The position numbers and the translations under genes were made by a program. Positions 28,124 through 37,315 of a stretch of 64,000 bases of DNA are shown one piece after another. The notes under the pieces were generated by a model. The model had not been told where the DNA came from. It did not search any database and saw only the letters and a list, made by a program, of their open reading frames with translations. How positions within the stretch are numbered: position 1 is the stretch's first letter; every line of letters begins with the position of its first letter. Source of the stretch: an uncultured Ruminococcus sp. (GTDB lineage: Bacteria > Bacillota > Clostridia > Oscillospirales > Ruminococcaceae); contig CAMKMD010000014.1 of assembly GCA_946413815.1 (NCBI GenBank), forward strand, positions 1,048 to 65,047. Direction: 5' to 3'.

Positions 28124-29497
28124 ATGGCGGCAGAGACAAAGCCTGTCAGGAGCACAGGCAGCTCCGGAGGTATAAATAGCGGATTCAAAAAACTCTGGCA
28201 TACATTCAACGGCGACAGCCGCTACAGGGATCTCAGCCTTTCGTTTTTCACCTATGTAATGATACTCCTCGTAGTCGGCCTCGTCATGATGTCGTCGGCA
28301 AGCTACGCATGGGCTTACTTCGATTTCGGAGACGGCCTCCACTATGCTGTCTCACAGGGAAGGAACGCCGCGATCGGTTTTATACTCATGCTCTTCTTCA
28401 TGAATATGGATTATCATAACTTCAAGAAGATACGCATACCTTTTATAAAGAGGATAAACATCCCCGGACTTCTCTTCTTCATTGTCGGCGCTCTCCTTGT
28501 TGCCGTTATCCTTATCGGTAACGACGAGGGAGGTTCCATGGGTGCGAGAAGATGGATAACCATCGGCCCCTTCGACCTTCAGCCTTCAGAGGTAGCGAAG
28601 TTCTCGCTTATCATATACTTCGCCTATAATATGGAACAGGACGGCAGACGCATGAACCGTTTCGGTGTAGGTATCGTGAAGTATGTCGCACTGCTTGGCA
28701 TTTACGTAGTGCTTATCGCTCTCGAGAAGCATATCTCAGGCATCATGCTGATAACCTGCATCGCTGTCGCAATGATACTCTGCGGCGGCGCCAATATCCG
28801 GCAGTTCCTTCTGCTCGGTACAGGCTCGATCGCTGCTGCGATAGGATATATCATACTCCAGTTCAACAAGGAGGGAAGCTACGTTCAGGCGCGTATCATG
28901 TCCTGGCAGCATCCCTTTGATGACCTTCTCGGTGATACCTGGCAGACGGCGAACTCTCTTATCGCCATAGGCTCCGGCGGACTCTTCGGCCTCGGCCTCG
29001 GCAATTCACGCCAGAAGTACCTCTATCTTCCGGAGACGAAGAACGATTTCGTTTTCCCCATTGTATGCGAGGAGCTCGGCTTCGTAGGCGCATTCGCCAT
29101 AATAATAGTATTCTTCCTTCTCGTCATAGAAGGTTATTCCATAGCGGCCCGCAGCCGTGACCGTTTCGGTATGCTCATCGCAGTAGGAATCACTACCCAG
29201 ATAGGCATCCAGACAGTTCTCAACCTCGCCGTTGTAAGCAATCTGATACCCAATACCGGTATCAGTCTCCCGTTCTTCAGCTACGGCGGTACGGCGCTCA
29301 TCATGCAGCTCGTGGAAATGGGCATCATGCTCAATATCTCACAGCAGCGTTATGTCCCGCCGAGACGTGACGAGGAGATAGACCCTCCGCTCCCGCCGCC
29401 TGAAAAGATACGCTCCGGCAGCGGCAGGGAAAAGAAGAACAGCGGCTTCAAGTGGTATACATCACTCCAGAAGGGAAGAAAATCAGACCGCAAGTAA
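28124..29497 (+). CDS. ftsW: SEDS peptidoglycan glycosyltransferase FtsW/SpoVE
   Basis: Polytopic. QPSEVAKF, LPETKNDFVFPIVCEELG and SLPFFSYGGT SEDS motifs. Confidence 0.9.
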   Translation: MAAETKPVRSTGSSGGINSGFKKLWHTFNGDSRYRDLSLSFFTYVMILLVVGLVMMSSASYAWAYFDFGDGLHYAVSQGRNAAIGFILMLFFMNMDYHNFKKIRIPFIKRINIPGLLFFIVGALLVAVILIGNDEGGSMGARRWITIGPFDLQPSEVAKFSLIIYFAYNMEQDGRRMNRFGVGIVKYVALLGIYVVLIALEKHISGIMLITCIAVAMILCGGANIRQFLLLGTGSIAAAIGYIILQFNKEGSYVQARIMSWQHPFDDLLGDTWQTANSLIAIGSGGLFGLGLGNSRQKYLYLPETKNDFVFPIVCEELGFVGAFAIIIVFFLLVIEGYSIAARSRDRFGMLIAVGITTQIGIQTVLNLAVVSNLIPNTGISLPFFSYGGTALIMQLVEMGIMLNISQQRYVPPRRDEEIDPPLPPPEKIRSGSGREKKNSGFKWYTSLQKGRKSDRK

Positions 29498-29515
29498 TCA
29501 TAAAGGAGAGATAGC

Positions 29516-30652
29516 ATGAAAGTGCTCATAGCGTGCGGAGGTACGGGCGGACATATCAATCCCGGTCTTGCCATCGCAGATATAATAAAGGAAGCCTATC
29601 CCGGCTCGGAGTTCCTCTTTGCCGGCACTCCTAAGGGCATGGAGGCAAAGCTCGTCCCCCAGGCGGGATACAAGCTCGAGACCATCAAGGTGGCAGGCTT
29701 CCAGAGAAAGATATCCCTTGAGAATATAGGACGCAACGCCAAGGCAATAGCCTATCTCCTAACATCCGGAAAGCGCGCCAGGGAGATAATAGAGGGCTTC
29801 AAGCCTGATATAGCCATAGGAACAGGCGGCTACGCAGCCGGCCCTGTTATCCGCAAGGCGGCAAGAATGGGCATCCCCACAGCTATCCACGAGCAGAACG
29901 CCTATCCCGGTGTCACCAACAAGCTGCTCTCCAAGGAAGTAGACCACGTCATGCTGACGGTCATCGAAGCTCTTGACTATATGGACAAGAGCAAGTTCGA
30001 GTATACAGTCACAGGTCTCCCGGTAAGAAGCAAGATAAGCGCAAGCATCACAAAGGAGGAGGCAAGGAAGAAGCTGGGCTTTGACGACAGCTTTACAGTC
30101 CTCTCCTTCGGCGGAAGCCTCGGCGCAGGCTGTATCAACGAGACCATGGAGTACGTCATCAAGGACGACTTCAGGAACGGAAGGGCCATAAACCATATCC
30201 ACGGCTACGGCGGTATGGGAAAGGATACCTTCCCACAGGCAATGGAAGCAGCCGGAGTGCCGCTGAAGAGCGACAGGCTCCGGATAACAGAATACATAAA
30301 CGACATGGATGTATGTCTTGCGGCAGCAGACCTTGTGATATGCCGCAGCGGTGCCTCCACTCTTGCAGAGCTTGAGGCAGCCGGAAAGGCTTCAATACTT
30401 ATACCCTCCCCGATAGTTGCCGGAAACCATCAGTACCACAATGCTATGGTGCTCGGCAAGGCAGGTGCAGCGGTAGTCATCGAACAGAAGGACGTCACCA
30501 ACGAGAGGGTCAATGCGGAGATACAGCGCCTTTGCAGCGAACCCGAAACAGTCAGAAAAATGTCTGAAGCAGCAGCTTCTCTTCACCTCTCAGACACAGA
30601 CAAGCGGATACTGGAGGTAGTGAAGAAGCTTAGCAGGAAGAAGGAAGCATGA
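29516..30652 (+). CDS. murG: Undecaprenyldiphospho-MurNAc-pentapeptide GlcNAc transferase
   Basis: ACGGTGGHINPGLAIA, GGYAAGP, RSGASTLAELEAAGKASILIP. Confidence 0.95.
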   Translation: MKVLIACGGTGGHINPGLAIADIIKEAYPGSEFLFAGTPKGMEAKLVPQAGYKLETIKVAGFQRKISLENIGRNAKAIAYLLTSGKRAREIIEGFKPDIAIGTGGYAAGPVIRKAARMGIPTAIHEQNAYPGVTNKLLSKEVDHVMLTVIEALDYMDKSKFEYTVTGLPVRSKISASITKEEARKKLGFDDSFTVLSFGGSLGAGCINETMEYVIKDDFRNGRAINHIHGYGGMGKDTFPQAMEAAGVPLKSDRLRITEYINDMDVCLAAADLVICRSGASTLAELEAAGKASILIPSPIVAGNHQYHNAMVLGKAGAAVVIEQKDVTNERVNAEIQRLCSEPETVRKMSEAAASLHLSDTDKRILEVVKKLSRKKEA

Positions 30653-31530
30653 AGTATGAGAACAAGGTGAAGGTGCAGGACTGCGATATCAATGTCTATA
30701 CCGAAGGTAGCGGCGCAGTCACAGTCGTGTTCCTGGCCGGAAACGGTGTCACGGCTCCCGCACTTGAATACAGACCGCTGTACAGCCGAATGTCGTCTTA
30801 CTGCCGTATCGCAGTCATAGACCGCCCGGGCACAGGCTTCAGTTCGGACAAGACCTCCCGGAGAACAGTGGAGAATATGGTCGCAGAGGACCGCGAGGCG
30901 CTCCGCCTTGCGGGGATAGAGCCGCCCTATGTGCTCGCCGCCCATTCCCTCGGAGGCTTCGAGGCCGTATGGTGGGCGAACAGGTATCCGGAGGAGGTAA
31001 AGGCAGTCCTCGGCGTGGATATGGGCGTGCCGGAATACGGTGTCGAGCAGGGAAAGGATATCCCCGAGAGCAAACGTATCAGTATGGTCCGCCGTCAGGA
31101 GAAGATGATGAAGACTATCGCAAAGGACGGCTTCTTAGCAAGGCTGCTGAGGAACAGCGCAGAGAACTCCTCAGGCCTCCTCACGGGCAGTGAGCTAACG
31201 GAGGAGGAGAAGAAGCTCTACCGCGAGCTGTTCTATAAGAATGTAGCCCGCCCTGAGAGCACCGAGCAGGCAGAACTCATACCTGAGAACGCTCAGAAGG
31301 CGCACGATACCGGAAATCTCGGATGCAGGTGCTGTATGTATATCAGCAATATGAAGGTCCCCGGCATGAAGACGACCTGGCGTCAGGCCGGCATATCCTT
31401 TGCCGAAAGGTGCGGAGCAGAGTATCACCTCTCCGACAAGGGGCATATGATGTACGCAAAGATACCCGACGAGATGGCGGAGAATTTCCTGAAGTTCCTC
31501 CGCACCAACGGTATAATATCCGCAGAGTGA
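30649..31530 (+). CDS. Alpha/beta-fold hydrolase, cytoplasmic
   Basis: The ATG overlaps the murG stop (ATGA). VVFLAGNG oxyanion region, nucleophile elbow AHSLGG, C-terminal GHMMY His. No signal peptide. Confidence 0.75.
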   Translation: MKYENKVKVQDCDINVYTEGSGAVTVVFLAGNGVTAPALEYRPLYSRMSSYCRIAVIDRPGTGFSSDKTSRRTVENMVAEDREALRLAGIEPPYVLAAHSLGGFEAVWWANRYPEEVKAVLGVDMGVPEYGVEQGKDIPESKRISMVRRQEKMMKTIAKDGFLARLLRNSAENSSGLLTGSELTEEEKKLYRELFYKNVARPESTEQAELIPENAQKAHDTGNLGCRCCMYISNMKVPGMKTTWRQAGISFAERCGAEYHLSDKGHMMYAKIPDEMAENFLKFLRTNGIISAE

Positions 31531-31580
31531 CAGATACCTCTCTCACAGCATACTATATAAAAAAGCTGTGAGGTGGTCTT

Positions 31581-32840
31581 ATGCAGAAACTGGTGATCGA
31601 AGGCGGGCGTCGTCTCTGCGGCGAGCTTGAGCTTCAGGGCAGCAAGAACAGCGCCCTTCCCATTATGGCGGCATCGCTGCTGTGCGGCGAGGAGTGCGTA
31701 CTCCACGGCTGTCCGGCGATCACGGATATATACTCAGCTTCGAGGATACTCAACTGTCTCGGAGCACAGTGCCGGTTCTCGGGAAATACGGCGGTCATAA
31801 ACTCAGCCGGTGCGGAGGGTACGGAGATACCTGCCGCCCTTATGCGGGAGATGCGCTCCTCCATCATGTTCATGGGAGCCATCCTCGGAAGGAACGGCTG
31901 CGCTGCTGTAAGTATCCCCGGCGGCTGCGAGCTCGGCCCCCGTCCCATAGATATGCACCTCTCCTCCCTGAGGAAGCTGGGCGCATCAGTCACAGAGGAG
32001 GGCGGGAGCATAGTATGCCGGTTCGCTTCCGGCAGAGGAAGGGGAGCAAGAGTGACCCTGCCCTTCCCCTCAGTGGGCGCCACTGAGAATATCATCCTCT
32101 GCGCAGTAACGGCAGAGGGCGAGACGGTCATCAACAATGCCGCCCGTGAGCCGGAGATCAGCGATCTCTGCGGTTTCCTCCGTGCCTGCGGAGCAGCCAT
32201 AGAAGGCGACGGCGGCAGCAGCATCGTCATAAGCGGCCGGAAGCGGCTGCACGGCTGCGAGTATACTGTCATGCCGGACAGGATAGCCGGCGCGACCTAC
32301 CTCTCAATGACGGCGGCAGCCGGCGGTGAGATGATACTTAAAAACGCCTGTATCCGGGAAATGGAGCCCTTCCTTACGGTGCTCGAGCAGACCGGATGCA
32401 GTATGTATGCTTCAGAGGGCAGGATATGCCTTCACAGCGGATCAAGGCTGCGTGCAGTCCGCGACAGGATACGCACCATGCCCCATCCGGGATTTCCGAC
32501 GGATGCACAGGCTGTACTGATGGCAGCGCTTGCCGGAGCAGACGGTACCAGCGTGTTCGAGGAGACAGTCTTTGAATGCCGCTACCGTCATACAGACGCG
32601 CTTATCAAGATGGGTGCGGAGATAGAGACAGTCGGCAGAGCGGCAATAGTGCGCGGGGTGAAGAAGCTTCGCGGCGCGGAAGTCGCAGCCACCGATCTCA
32701 GAGGGGGAGCCGCCATGGTGACAGCAGCGCTGGCAGCAGAGGGCACCACCGTCATAACAGACATAATGCATATTGACAGAGGCTATGAAAGAATTGAGGA
32801 CGCTGTTGCAGGGCTTGGCGGAAGGATCAGACGTGTATGA
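31581..32840 (+). CDS. murA: UDP-N-acetylglucosamine 1-carboxyvinyltransferase
   Basis: LELQGSKNSALPIMAA, active-site loop PGGCELGPRPIDMH, GFPTDAQA. Confidence 0.9.
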   Translation: MQKLVIEGGRRLCGELELQGSKNSALPIMAASLLCGEECVLHGCPAITDIYSASRILNCLGAQCRFSGNTAVINSAGAEGTEIPAALMREMRSSIMFMGAILGRNGCAAVSIPGGCELGPRPIDMHLSSLRKLGASVTEEGGSIVCRFASGRGRGARVTLPFPSVGATENIILCAVTAEGETVINNAAREPEISDLCGFLRACGAAIEGDGGSSIVISGRKRLHGCEYTVMPDRIAGATYLSMTAAAGGEMILKNACIREMEPFLTVLEQTGCSMYASEGRICLHSGSRLRAVRDRIRTMPHPGFPTDAQAVLMAALAGADGTSVFEETVFECRYRHTDALIKMGAEIETVGRAAIVRGVKKLRGAEVAATDLRGGAAMVTAALAAEGTTVITDIMHIDRGYERIEDAVAGLGGRIRRV

Positions 32841-32867
32841 CCTGCGGCACCGGAGTTTGGAGATAAA

Positions 32868-34082
32868 ATGAACGATATCGAAAAGACTACAATAGAAAGG
32901 GTCAACAGCGGTAAGCGTATGCGGCGCAGGCGGCGTTTCATGAGCGTCTATGCGCTGATAGTACTGCTGCTCGTTGTCTTTGCCGGAGTAGTGGCAAGCC
33001 TGACCTTTTTGTTCAAGGTCAACGAGATCATAATTTCCGGCGAATCCGATACCTATACCTATATGGAGGTAGTGAATGCGGCCGGTATACGTGCGGGCGA
33101 CAACCTGATACGTATGAATACCGATGACAATGCAGATAATATCCTCGATACCCTCCTCCTTGTAGAGGAGGCGGATGTGGACAAGGTCTTCCCCTCCACC
33201 ATCAAGATACACGTCAGCCAGTGCATCCCCGCCTTCAACGTTGAGTACATTGTGGGTGAGGGCGAAGGCGGCGGAGTGCTTCAGGTGAGCCGCCACGGAA
33301 AGATACTGGGGATCAATGATTTCTACGTGGACGAACTGCCGACCATATACGGCTATGATATCGACCCGGAGGCTATGGTCAAGGGTCAGGTGATGAAGTC
33401 CTCGGTACCCGAGAAGCAGAGGTTCTACGACCAGCTCGTGGAGCGCTTTGACAAATGGGACGGCAGCGATATCGTGTATATCGATATCACGGACCCGTAC
33501 AATATAGAGATATGCTACCGCAGCGGAGTCATCTTCCGCCTGGGGGACTATACCGATGTGCAGTACAAGCTCGACCTTGCTGAGAACGTGATGCAGGACG
33601 AGAGCGTAGTCGGAAAGAGCGGCTACCTGAAGATGATAGGCACCAAGCAGTGCAGCTTCCGCGCAACGGATGGACCGGCTGAGGTGCCGGAGATCAAGCC
33701 GGATGATCAGCTTTCAACAGCCTCCGCACAGCCCGTGGATACAGTCACCACATCCACCGACGACGGTCTTTACCGTCCGCCCGGATTTGTGACGACCGCA
33801 GTACCGGAATGGCAGCAGCCCGTGCAGACCACTCCACAGCCCGATCAGAACAGCGGCTGGCAGCAGGATCCCTGGAGCAGCAATCAGAACGGCTGGAACG
33901 GTGATGCCGGACAGAACGGCGGCCAGCAGCAGGCAGGAGCCAATAACGCAGACCAGCCCGTATGGCAGCAGCATGGCTTCCAGAGCGTTGAGGACTGGGT
34001 GAACAACCGTCCGGCGGTAGGTTCGGAACCTGACGAAGGGTATTTCGATGAATACGGCAATTTCCACTACTGGTGGCCATAA
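32868..34082 (+). CDS. ftsQ: FtsQ/DivIB-type division protein with Gln/Trp-rich tail
   Basis: Basic N-terminus, TM, POTRA-like FKVNEIIISGESDTYTYMEVVNAAGIRAGDNL...VFPSTIKIHV. Position before ftsZ. Confidence 0.7.
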   Translation: MNDIEKTTIERVNSGKRMRRRRRFMSVYALIVLLLVVFAGVVASLTFLFKVNEIIISGESDTYTYMEVVNAAGIRAGDNLIRMNTDDNADNILDTLLLVEEADVDKVFPSTIKIHVSQCIPAFNVEYIVGEGEGGGVLQVSRHGKILGINDFYVDELPTIYGYDIDPEAMVKGQVMKSSVPEKQRFYDQLVERFDKWDGSDIVYIDITDPYNIEICYRSGVIFRLGDYTDVQYKLDLAENVMQDESVVGKSGYLKMIGTKQCSFRATDGPAEVPEIKPDDQLSTASAQPVDTVTTSTDDGLYRPPGFVTTAVPEWQQPVQTTPQPDQNSGWQQDPWSSNQNGWNGDAGQNGGQQQAGANNADQPVWQQHGFQSVEDWVNNRPAVGSEPDEGYFDEYGNFHYWWP

Positions 34083-34179
34083 AGTACCAGTATTTGTGGT
34101 GATAATGAAATAAAAACGATATACAGGCAATATAACGGTTTGTTGATAGTGCCGAAATCAAAAAAAATCGGTTTGGTAC

Positions 34180-34208
34180 TTGCAAAAAAAATCTTTCTAT
34201 GATATAAT
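34180..34208 (+). promoter_or_regulatory. SigA-type promoter for ftsZ
   Basis: TTGCAA (34180-34185), 17-nt spacer ending in TGa, TATAAT (34203-34208). Confidence 0.55.
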
Positions 34209-34273
34209 ATAGAATGTATCTAAGTACGAATTCGGGAATTAGGAAAAAAAGAAGAGTAGGAGGCGTTTTTCAA

Positions 34274-35401
34274 ATGTCAGATTTCAATTACGAGGAAGCA
34301 ATGGAACCCGATGTGAATATTAAAGTCATCGGCGTTGGCGGGGGCGGCGGAAATGCCGTTAACTGCATGGTTGAGTCCGATGTAAGCAATATCGAATATA
34401 TAGCTATCAATACTGATGCAAAGGCTCTTAACAAGTCAAAGGCGTCTACAAGGATCCCGATAGGCCAGAAGCTCACCAAGGGCAGAGGCGCAGGCAACAA
34501 GCCTGAGATCGGTGCGAAGAGCGCTGAGGAGAACAGAGACGAGATCGAGGCACACCTCAAGGGCGCTGACATGATCTTCATCACTGCCGGAATGGGCGGC
34601 GGTACAGGTACCGGCGCAGCTCCCGTAGTTGCAAAGATCGCCAAGGAGATGGACATCCTTACAGTTGCTGTAGTTACCAAGCCCTTCCTCTTTGAGAGAG
34701 AGCAGAAGATGGCTCAGGCTGAGGCCGGTATCGCAGAGCTGAGAAAATATGTTGATTCGCTCATCGTTATCCCGAACGAGAGACTTCTGGTAGGCTACGA
34801 GAAGCAGCCCCTCACCATGAAGCAGTCATTCTCTCTTTCAGATGACGTTCTCAAGACCGGTGTAAAGAGCATATCCGACCTGATCGTTGAAGAGGGCTAC
34901 ATAAACCTCGACTTCGCAGACGTTTCCACTATCATGAGAGGCGCAGGCTACGCTCACATGGCTATCGGCCACGGTTCAGGCAAGGAGAAGGCAAGAGAGG
35001 CAGCAAACGCAGTTATCTCCAGCCCGCTGCTTGAGACCAACATCTCCGGTGCCAAGAGACTCCTTATCAATATCGCTATGTCTGAGGATATCCTTTCCTC
35101 TGATGTTGATACAGCTACAAAGATGATCACAGATACAGCTGCTGACGGCGTTGAGTTTATCTTCGGTACTGCATTCAAGGAAGATATGCAGGATGAGATG
35201 ACCATCACAGTTATCGCTGCCGGCTTTGACGAGGACAACAACGATGACAGCTTCGGAAGCGTAACAAACGTATCTGACGACGAGGATATCATCCCGATCG
35301 ACAATCCTCTGATCGACGGCCTCGGCCTTGATCACGCTGCAAAGAGCTCTTCTACCACTGATACAGATCTTGACGAGATCTTCAGGATGTTAGGCAACTG
35401 A
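34274..35401 (+). CDS. ftsZ: Cell-division GTPase FtsZ
   Basis: IKVIGVGGGGGNAVN and GGGTGTGAAPV. RBS aggagg before the ATG at 34274. The ORF-track start at 34214 is an upstream extension. Confidence 0.95.
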   Translation: MSDFNYEEAMEPDVNIKVIGVGGGGGNAVNCMVESDVSNIEYIAINTDAKALNKSKASTRIPIGQKLTKGRGAGNKPEIGAKSAEENRDEIEAHLKGADMIFITAGMGGGTGTGAAPVVAKIAKEMDILTVAVVTKPFLFEREQKMAQAEAGIAELRKYVDSLIVIPNERLLVGYEKQPLTMKQSFSLSDDVLKTGVKSISDLIVEEGYINLDFADVSTIMRGAGYAHMAIGHGSGKEKAREAANAVISSPLLETNISGAKRLLINIAMSEDILSSDVDTATKMITDTAADGVEFIFGTAFKEDMQDEMTITVIAAGFDEDNNDDSFGSVTNVSDDEDIIPIDNPLIDGLGLDHAAKSSSTTDTDLDEIFRMLGN

Positions 35402-35423
35402 TCCAGTTAATATTATGCGGATA

Positions 35424-35459
35424 AAGGACAGCGGCGCTGAACCGCTGTCCTTGTTTTTT
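35424..35459 (+). terminator. Rho-independent terminator after ftsZ
   Basis: Stem aaggacagcgg/ccgctgtcctt, 7-nt loop, then gtttttt. Confidence 0.85.
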
Positions 35460-35534
35460 ACCGGATGTATAAAATTCAAAAATTTTTATGGTAAAATGCA
35501 CTAAAATCCACTAAAATTTTCTACATAATAATAG

Positions 35535-35563
35535 TTGAATTAGGACAGTAAAAGTGATATAAT
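35535..35563 (+). promoter_or_regulatory. SigA-type promoter
   Basis: TTGAAT (35535-35540), 17-nt spacer ending in TGa, TATAAT (35558-35563). Confidence 0.5.
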
Positions 35564-35631
35564 TAATAAAAGGCTTTTTTTACCCTTTAATTTTATTCCG
35601 CAGAGTCCTGCGGGGAATGGAGTGTACATCT

Positions 35632-37143
35632 ATGGAACCTACCGTTTTAAGGACAACTAAGATAGGAAACGGTTTTGTCAAGGAGGACGTCCTCACATAC
35701 CTCGACGAACTGAATTCTAAGATCGAAAGTCTCGAAGAAGATCTGAAGAAAGCTAAGGAGACCGGTTCTTCCGATCCTCAGGAGCTTACGAAGTATAGGA
35801 ATCAGGTCGACAACCTGCAGGAAAAGCTCAATGCATCAAATAATGCCCTCAGAGCAGCAAGAAAAGAAAATGACGAACTCAAGAAGCAGCTCGAGGCTGC
35901 AGCCAGAGGCGGCGCAGCTCCGGCAGGTGCTCCTGTTAATCCTCAGGCACAGCAGGCTCTTGAGGCTGCAAAGAAGGAAATAGAGAATCTCCGCAACCAG
36001 CTCAAGACAGCTCAGGCTGCCGGCGGTCAGGGCAATGTTCAGGCTTCCGCACAGGCGCAGCAGGCTCTTGAGGCTGCAAAGAAGGAAATAGAGAATCTCC
36101 GCGGTCAGGTCAAGACAGCCGAGCAGAAGGCTGTTGCAGCCGAGCAGAAGGCAGCAGCCGCTGCTACAGCAGCTCCCGCAGGTGCAGCAGGCAATCCCGC
36201 TGCCGAGGCAGAGCTCGCAAAGGCAAAGGCAGACCTCGAGAGGATCGGAAGCGACCTTGAGAATATGACTACAGAGATGGCTGCAAAGGCCAAGGAACTC
36301 TCCGAGAAGGACGAGAAGATCAACGCCCTCACAAAGGAGATGGACGAGGCTGTTGCCAAGGCTGTATCCGATAAGGAAGAGCAGATCAAGTCCCTCAACG
36401 AGGAGATCGAGAAGCTCAAGGACGAGGCTAATAACCCTGTCGCTATGATGGGTACAATGTTCGCAGAGGCTCAGAAGACTGTAAATGCCCTCAAGGCTCA
36501 GGCAAAGAACGAGGCAGACGCAGTTACCAAGGAAGCTAAGGACAAGGCTGCACAGATGACCAAGGAAGCATCCGAGGTACTCGACAAGGCAACAAGAGAG
36601 GCCAACCAGAAGGCTGACCAGATCATCAACGACGCTAACAGAACTGCTGAGAAGACTATCGCAGAGGCTGATTCCAAGGCTAAGGCTACTGTTGCCGAGG
36701 CTGACAGCAAGGCCGGCAAGGTCAACGAGATGTCCAATAACGTTCGCAGAATGCTCCTCAACGAGATCGAGAGCGTTAACAGCAAGTTCAGTGATATCTA
36801 TTCATCCATCAGCAAGCTCACAACTCAGGCTACAGACCGCATGAACCAGGCTAAGAATATCTTTGCCGAGGCTCGCAATACTGTAGACGATGCTACCAAG
36901 GGCGAAGGCACAAAGAAGACTGAGGTCTCCGGCGACGTTTTCGGCACCAAGGAAGCAAAGCACGAGGAATTCAAGCCCTCTACAGATAACTGGGCAAATT
37001 CTTTCGCAAAGTCAGGCACAACTGAAAGACCTGCTGCTGAGCAGAAGAATGATGAACCCGCACAGAAGAAGAATAACTTCAACTTTGATATGGCAGAGCT
37101 CCTCAAGGCTGCAGAAGAGGCAGCTTCCAACGAGGGCGAGTAA
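35632..37143 (+). CDS. DivIVA-like long coiled-coil protein
   Basis: N-terminus GFVKEDVLTYLDELNSKIESLEEDLKK resembles the DivIVA head (RGYxxxEVDxFLD). The rest is Ala/Lys/Glu/Gln-rich heptad-like sequence. GGAG 9 nt before the ATG at 35632. Confidence 0.55.
   Translation: MEPTVLRTTKIGNGFVKEDVLTYLDELNSKIESLEEDLKKAKETGSSDPQELTKYRNQVDNLQEKLNASNNALRAARKENDELKKQLEAAARGGAAPAGAPVNPQAQQALEAAKKEIENLRNQLKTAQAAGGQGNVQASAQAQQALEAAKKEIENLRGQVKTAEQKAVAAEQKAAAAATAAPAGAAGNPAAEAELAKAKADLERIGSDLENMTTEMAAKAKELSEKDEKINALTKEMDEAVAKAVSDKEEQIKSLNEEIEKLKDEANNPVAMMGTMFAEAQKTVNALKAQAKNEADAVTKEAKDKAAQMTKEASEVLDKATREANQKADQIINDANRTAEKTIAEADSKAKATVAEADSKAGKVNEMSNNVRRMLLNEIESVNSKFSDIYSSISKLTTQATDRMNQAKNIFAEARNTVDDATKGEGTKKTEVSGDVFGTKEAKHEEFKPSTDNWANSFAKSGTTERPAAEQKNDEPAQKKNNFNFDMAELLKAAEEAASNEGE
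35950..36102 (+). repeat. Exact 45-bp direct repeat, copies 108 bp apart, in-frame
   Basis: cagcaggctcttgaggctgcaaagaaggaaatagagaatctccgc at 35950-35994 and 36058-36102, encoding QQALEAAKKEIENLR. Confidence 0.95.
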
Positions 37144-37315
37144 TACAAGACCGATCAGTACTCTGTCAGCCGGCTGCGGCTGGCTGACAGAGCCTATATG
37201 ACCGGGTAGCTTAACTCAAGAGCGTTGTATTTTCTCCGGCGATGCCGGGTCTTATCAAAGGTGCCGGTGCAAGTCCGGCCGTGGTCTAATATTTATTTTT
37301 GCGAGGTATTGTAAA

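Noticed and set aside
32442-33296. 284-aa minus-strand ORF spanning the murA/ftsQ junction
   Set aside because: It is antisense to two conserved dcw genes and has no recognisable domain.
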